Notes under the pieces: model-generated
What the model was told of the DNA's origin: nothing
What the model saw: the letters and a program-made list of their open reading frames with translations, nothing else
Database searches by the model: none
Shown: one piece after another, positions 60,083 through 64,000 of the stretch
How positions within the stretch are numbered: the first letter of the stretch is position 1
How the letters are laid out: every line of letters begins with the position of its first letter
Program-made: the position numbers and the translations under genes
NCBI GenBank assembly: GCA_963664395.2
Contig: OY761159.2
Coordinates: 1,888,001 to 1,952,000 of the forward strand
DNA: 64,000 bases
From: Candidatus Binatia bacterium
GTDB taxonomy: Bacteria > Desulfobacterota > Binatia > Bin18
Direction of reading: 5' to 3'

Positions 60083-61165
60083 ATGCGTGCGGTGGTTATG
60101 CTGGACCATAAGCTGACGGTTGAAGATATTCCCGTTCCAGAGCCGGGGCAAGGCGAAGTCTTAGTCAAGACCCTGGCGTGCGGTATTTGCGGCTCGGACC
60201 TGCATGCACTCAAACACACCGAAAAGCTGGTTGCAATCTCGGAGCGTTCCGGTGGGGTTTTTAATATGGACCTCAGCCGTGGAATCGTCATGGGCCATGA
60301 GTTCTGTGTCGAGGTCGTTGACTTTGGGCCGAATACGCAAAAAACGCTCAAAGCCGGGACGCGCGCGGTTTCCATGCCAATCCTCATTCGGCCAAGCGGT
60401 GTCGAGACAGTCGGCTATTCAAACGACAACCCAGGCGGCTATGGGGAGTATATGCGCCTGAGTGAAAAGCTGTTGCTCGCAGTCCCGAATGGCCTGCCCA
60501 CGCCTAAAGCCGCCTTGACCGAACCCATGGCGGTTGGCCTGCACGCGGTTGAAATGGCGCGACTGGCAAAAGATGATGTGCCGCTGGTCATCGGCTGCGG
60601 ACCTGTCGGCCTTGCCGTTATTGCGTCGCTGCGGATGAAAGGTGTACAGCCCATTATCGCTGCGGACTTCTCCCCCCGTCGCCGCCAACTCGCCGAGGCC
60701 GTGGGTGCGGATATTATCATCGACCCTGCCGAGCAGTCGCCGTATACCAGTTGGCAAGAAGCTGCGGTCTGGGCTGACCCGAGCACGGCGCCGCCTCAGC
60801 CGCCTTGGGCTTCAGGTCCTCCGCTGCGTCCGGCAGTCATATTCGAGTGCGTCGGCGTTCCCGGAGTCATTGATCAGATTATGACCGCAGCCCCGCAGGG
60901 CACGCGGATTGTCGTCGTGGGCGTCTGCATGGAGAAGGACAGCTTTGAGCCGATGTTCGGCATCAATAAGGAACTCAATCTCCAATTCGTCTTGGGCTAT
61001 AGCGGAGAGGAATACGCGGCCACGCTCCACCATATTGCGGAAGGGGCACTCATGACCGACCCGCTCATTACGGACACGGTTGGCGTGGCAGGCGTCCCCC
61101 AGGCATTTCAGGATTTGGGCTCGCCGGAACACCACGCCAAAATTATTGTGGAACCCTGGCACTAA
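60083..61165 (+). CDS. Zinc-binding (MDR) dehydrogenase
   Basis: CGICGSDLH, GHE, GCGPVG. Confidence 0.92.
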   Translation: MRAVVMLDHKLTVEDIPVPEPGQGEVLVKTLACGICGSDLHALKHTEKLVAISERSGGVFNMDLSRGIVMGHEFCVEVVDFGPNTQKTLKAGTRAVSMPILIRPSGVETVGYSNDNPGGYGEYMRLSEKLLLAVPNGLPTPKAALTEPMAVGLHAVEMARLAKDDVPLVIGCGPVGLAVIASLRMKGVQPIIAADFSPRRRQLAEAVGADIIIDPAEQSPYTSWQEAAVWADPSTAPPQPPWASGPPLRPAVIFECVGVPGVIDQIMTAAPQGTRIVVVGVCMEKDSFEPMFGINKELNLQFVLGYSGEEYAATLHHIAEGALMTDPLITDTVGVAGVPQAFQDLGSPEHHAKIIVEPWH

Positions 61166-61185
61166 GATTTCAGGAGGAGGACAGC

Positions 61186-61824
61186 ATGGCTGATATAGAG
61201 AATTGGACCCTACGGGGAGACTGGTTTGATGTGTGCAGTTGCGATATCGCCTGTCCGTGCGAATTTGCACAGCCGCCAACAAACAATCACTGTGATGGAG
61301 TCCTGGCCTACCATGTCCGAGAAGGGCTGTATGGTTCAACCCGTCTCGATGGGCTGAATATCATTGCCGTCGCCAGCTTCAGCGGCAATATATGGGCTGG
61401 TGAGGCAAAAATTTCACTCGGGCTGTTTATTGACGAGCAAGCCGACGGGCAACAGCGCGAGGCGCTCCAACTCATCTTTTCCGGACAGGCTGGCGGATTT
61501 ATGGGCGGTTTTGCTCGCTCGGTCGGTGAGGTACGCGGTATTGAGTTTGTTCCTATCACTTTTGATATTGCCGAGGATCTCGCCTTTTGGAAAGCCGAGA
61601 TTCCCAACCAGGTCACGGCCTTTGCAGAGGCGCTGACCGGACCGACCACACCGAAAGGGAAACGGGTTCAGCTGCTGAATCCACCGGGTTCCGAAGTTGG
61701 ACCCGGCCAGATCGCGACATGGGGCAAAACGGTTGACAATCGGGTCAACGCCTACGGCTTTGAGTGGGATTGGGCGGGCAAATCGAGTAAGCACATCCCT
61801 TTTGACTGGACTGGACCGGCATAG
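61186..61824 (+). CDS. DUF1326 family protein
   Basis: W...GDWFDVCSC...CPC...P...C. Confidence 0.85.
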   Translation: MADIENWTLRGDWFDVCSCDIACPCEFAQPPTNNHCDGVLAYHVREGLYGSTRLDGLNIIAVASFSGNIWAGEAKISLGLFIDEQADGQQREALQLIFSGQAGGFMGGFARSVGEVRGIEFVPITFDIAEDLAFWKAEIPNQVTAFAEALTGPTTPKGKRVQLLNPPGSEVGPGQIATWGKTVDNRVNAYGFEWDWAGKSSKHIPFDWTGPA

Positions 61825-62016
61825 GGGGAGGGGCACGGTGCCCGTACTGTCGCTTCTCTGGAACTGCGGGAATGGTGCTGAAATACCGAAATGGCGGGAG
61901 AAGACTCATGCAAGGGGGCTCATGAGTACTTCCCCCGCCACCGGAAGGAGGAAAAAAGAAGGAAGGATAAAAACATAGACATATCAACGCCTGTCAGTAT
62001 TCAACCTGCCGCCCGG

Positions 62017-62775
62017 CTATTCGGATAAATATTCAACTTTTTCTAAAAAAGCCTGAGCCCCTCCGGATGTCCCTTTGGTATTCATCTGAAAGCCAAATCG
62101 ACTGATTGGGGGAACAACAGTGTGGCCAAACTGAGTTCGGAAGGTCTGGTCCAAATCAAATTCAGTCACAACACGCTCCCCCACCGGTACCCCGCACGGT
62201 ATACAGAAATAGCGTCCGCCGGTTTTATAGTAATTCCCGGTATACGCCTGATTTACCTGCTCTTTTTCTCCTAAGAAGAGGCCGATAGAGTACGGGGCAT
62301 TCGGGACAAAGAGCGAGCCACTCTTTATTTTTTTTGTCCCAAAGGTTGTCATAACCGCAATGGGGACCGCGGTGATCCCATTGCTCCAATCCGCCCCGCG
62401 TGGATAGCGTTCGACACCCCAATGAATACGAATTCGCTTGACCTGGGACACATGCAAAGGCAGCTCGAACAGTCCTGATTTTTGTCGGGAGGTCTGTAAT
62501 ACGAGTCGATTATTTTTGAAGCGCGGCTGTAAATCTTCTGCATCAAGACGGAAGGTAAATCCTTGCTGCTTCAACCATCCCTCTGCCGGACCATCCGGGT
62601 GGCCGGAGAAATCAATCGTATGCAGAGGAACTGCCAGAGCAACGGCCTCAGAGAGTCCACACCACAGCAGACACAGAATTCTGAGAGTCCACACTGAGTA
62701 AACGTGCCAACAGCTGCGTGTCTGTTGGAGGCCGCGTTTACTCAGCATCACACGATTAAGGCTAGGTGTCTGCAT
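62017..62775 (-). CDS. Hypothetical secreted protein (DUF3047-like, tentative)
   Basis: Hydrophobic N-terminal segment, WGVERYPRGADW. Confidence 0.55.
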   Translation of the reverse strand: MQTPSLNRVMLSKRGLQQTRSCWHVYSVWTLRILCLLWCGLSEAVALAVPLHTIDFSGHPDGPAEGWLKQQGFTFRLDAEDLQPRFKNNRLVLQTSRQKSGLFELPLHVSQVKRIRIHWGVERYPRGADWSNGITAVPIAVMTTFGTKKIKSGSLFVPNAPYSIGLFLGEKEQVNQAYTGNYYKTGGRYFCIPCGVPVGERVVTEFDLDQTFRTQFGHTVVPPISRFGFQMNTKGTSGGAQAFLEKVEYLSE

Positions 62776-62955
62776 ATTTCTCCTGGTCTCGCCGTTTATC
62801 TTGATGATGAGCGGAGGCGAGCGCAAGGTCGCCCTCCAAATGGGTCTCCTGGGGGTCTCTTGCTGACTTGACGACGGCCATATTCCGGTCGAGAATGGCT
62901 CGCGGACGGACCGCGCAAACACTACGTCGTATGGGTATGATACAGGAGAATAAGT

Positions 62956-63948
62956 ATGGCTCGGATTGGTCTCGCTTTGGCCGGCGGTATGTCGCCCACT
63001 GATATTGTTGATTGTGTCAAATATGCAGAAGAGCAGGGCTATACTTCAGCCTGGTTTGCGGAAGGTCATGGCGGAGATCAGTTCTCTATTCTCACCGCCT
63101 GCGCCTTGGCCACCCGGCGCATACAGCTCGGAACAAGTATTAGTAGTATTTTCGTGCGCAGCGCGCCGACTATTGCCATGGCGGCCGCGTGCGTTGATCA
63201 TTATTCTCAGCAGCGCTTTATTTTGGGCTTAGGCTCAAGTCACAAGGTTCAGGTCGAACCGGAACATGGCATCCCGTATGGGCAGCCAGTCCAACGCATG
63301 CGAGAAACAGTTGAGATTATCCGGACGCTCCTGCGTGAGGGAGAAGTGTCCTATCACGGCGAGGTACTGACAATTGAGCGGTTTGATCTCTGGTTTCAGC
63401 CCGCCCGCACAGAACTGCCGATCTATATCTCAGCCGTCTTTCCGCAGATGCTCCAAGCCTGTGGTGAGCTCGCCCAAGGGACCATTCTGGTGTGGAGCGC
63501 CCCGGAAGCTGGCAAGCTGGCCGCTGAAAATATCGCGATTGGTGCGAGCCGAGCCGGCCGCAAGGTCGAAGATATCGACGTTGTCTCACTCCTGCCGATG
63601 AGTGTGGCCCAGGACCACCAAGAAGCTTTGGAACGTATGCGGCCCTTGGTCGCTTTCTATGGTGGATTCTTTCCCCGTTATAATCGCTCAATGGCTGAGC
63701 AGGGATTTCCCGAGGAAGCACGAGCTATTCGAGAGGCATGGCAAAAGGGTGATCGGCAAAAGGCGATCCAACTTGTTCCCGACCCATTGATTGAAACGGT
63801 GAGTGTCGTGGGGACACCGACCGAATGCCGAGAGCGGGTCGAAGCCTATCGCGACTCCGGCATCGTGCATCCGGTTATTTTCCCAGTGAGCGACGGCCCA
63901 ACCGGGAAACAGCACGTTCTGGACGCGGTACGGGCCTGTGCGCCCTAA
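62956..63948 (+). CDS. LLM-class (Mer/F420-like) oxidoreductase
   Basis: AW.AE, T..IQLGT, RFILGLGSSH. Confidence 0.9.
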   Translation: MARIGLALAGGMSPTDIVDCVKYAEEQGYTSAWFAEGHGGDQFSILTACALATRRIQLGTSISSIFVRSAPTIAMAAACVDHYSQQRFILGLGSSHKVQVEPEHGIPYGQPVQRMRETVEIIRTLLREGEVSYHGEVLTIERFDLWFQPARTELPIYISAVFPQMLQACGELAQGTILVWSAPEAGKLAAENIAIGASRAGRKVEDIDVVSLLPMSVAQDHQEALERMRPLVAFYGGFFPRYNRSMAEQGFPEEARAIREAWQKGDRQKAIQLVPDPLIETVSVVGTPTECRERVEAYRDSGIVHPVIFPVSDGPTGKQHVLDAVRACAP

Positions 63949-64000
63949 GCTGTGGCGCGCGGTCAAAAAGTGAAGATAAAATCCCCTCTTGGGAGGGGTG

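Noticed and set aside
62924-62937. Minus-strand TACCCATACGACGT resembling the start of an HA tag
   Set aside because: 14-bp coincidence; rest of the tag and any vector context absent
1-64000. tRNA, rRNA, integrase, transposase or prophage genes
   Set aside because: No recognisable signatures seen by eye

Overview
GC-rich bacterial chromosomal window. It is dominated by catabolic and redox enzymes: six luciferase-like monooxygenases (LLM), an HpaB-family hydroxylase, two amidohydrolases, three SDRs, two family III CoA-transferases, two enoyl-CoA hydratases, a MaoC pair, CocE, an MBL hydrolase and a dienelactone hydrolase, plus a complete group-2 mrp Na+/H+ antiporter operon. Small accessory or defence cassettes interrupt this backbone: MmeI-like single-chain RM + HEPN, PemK/DUF2281, HigBA, a controller-REase/Dam-family RM locus with visible operator boxes, DUF4160/DUF2442, XRE-IrrE + PIN, and FRG + an HsdS remnant. 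Many cassettes are bordered by REP-like palindromes and several are decaying. The most striking segment is an ~8.7 kb island between two diverged ~95 bp copies of an LLM gene 3' end. It encodes a 2,401-aa secreted reprolysin-like (M12) metalloprotease-adhesin whose propeptide-like domain appears to be a separate, translationally coupled secreted protein. A second displaced gene fragment (amidohydrolase VWMTFQDDP) sits at the far end of the MmeI/HEPN cassette. The gene content is reminiscent of marine or sponge-associated Binatia-like deltaproteobacteria (inference only). No rRNA, tRNA, CRISPR array, integrase, transposase or reverse transcriptase was recognised. Family assignments come from motif recognition, not database searches.
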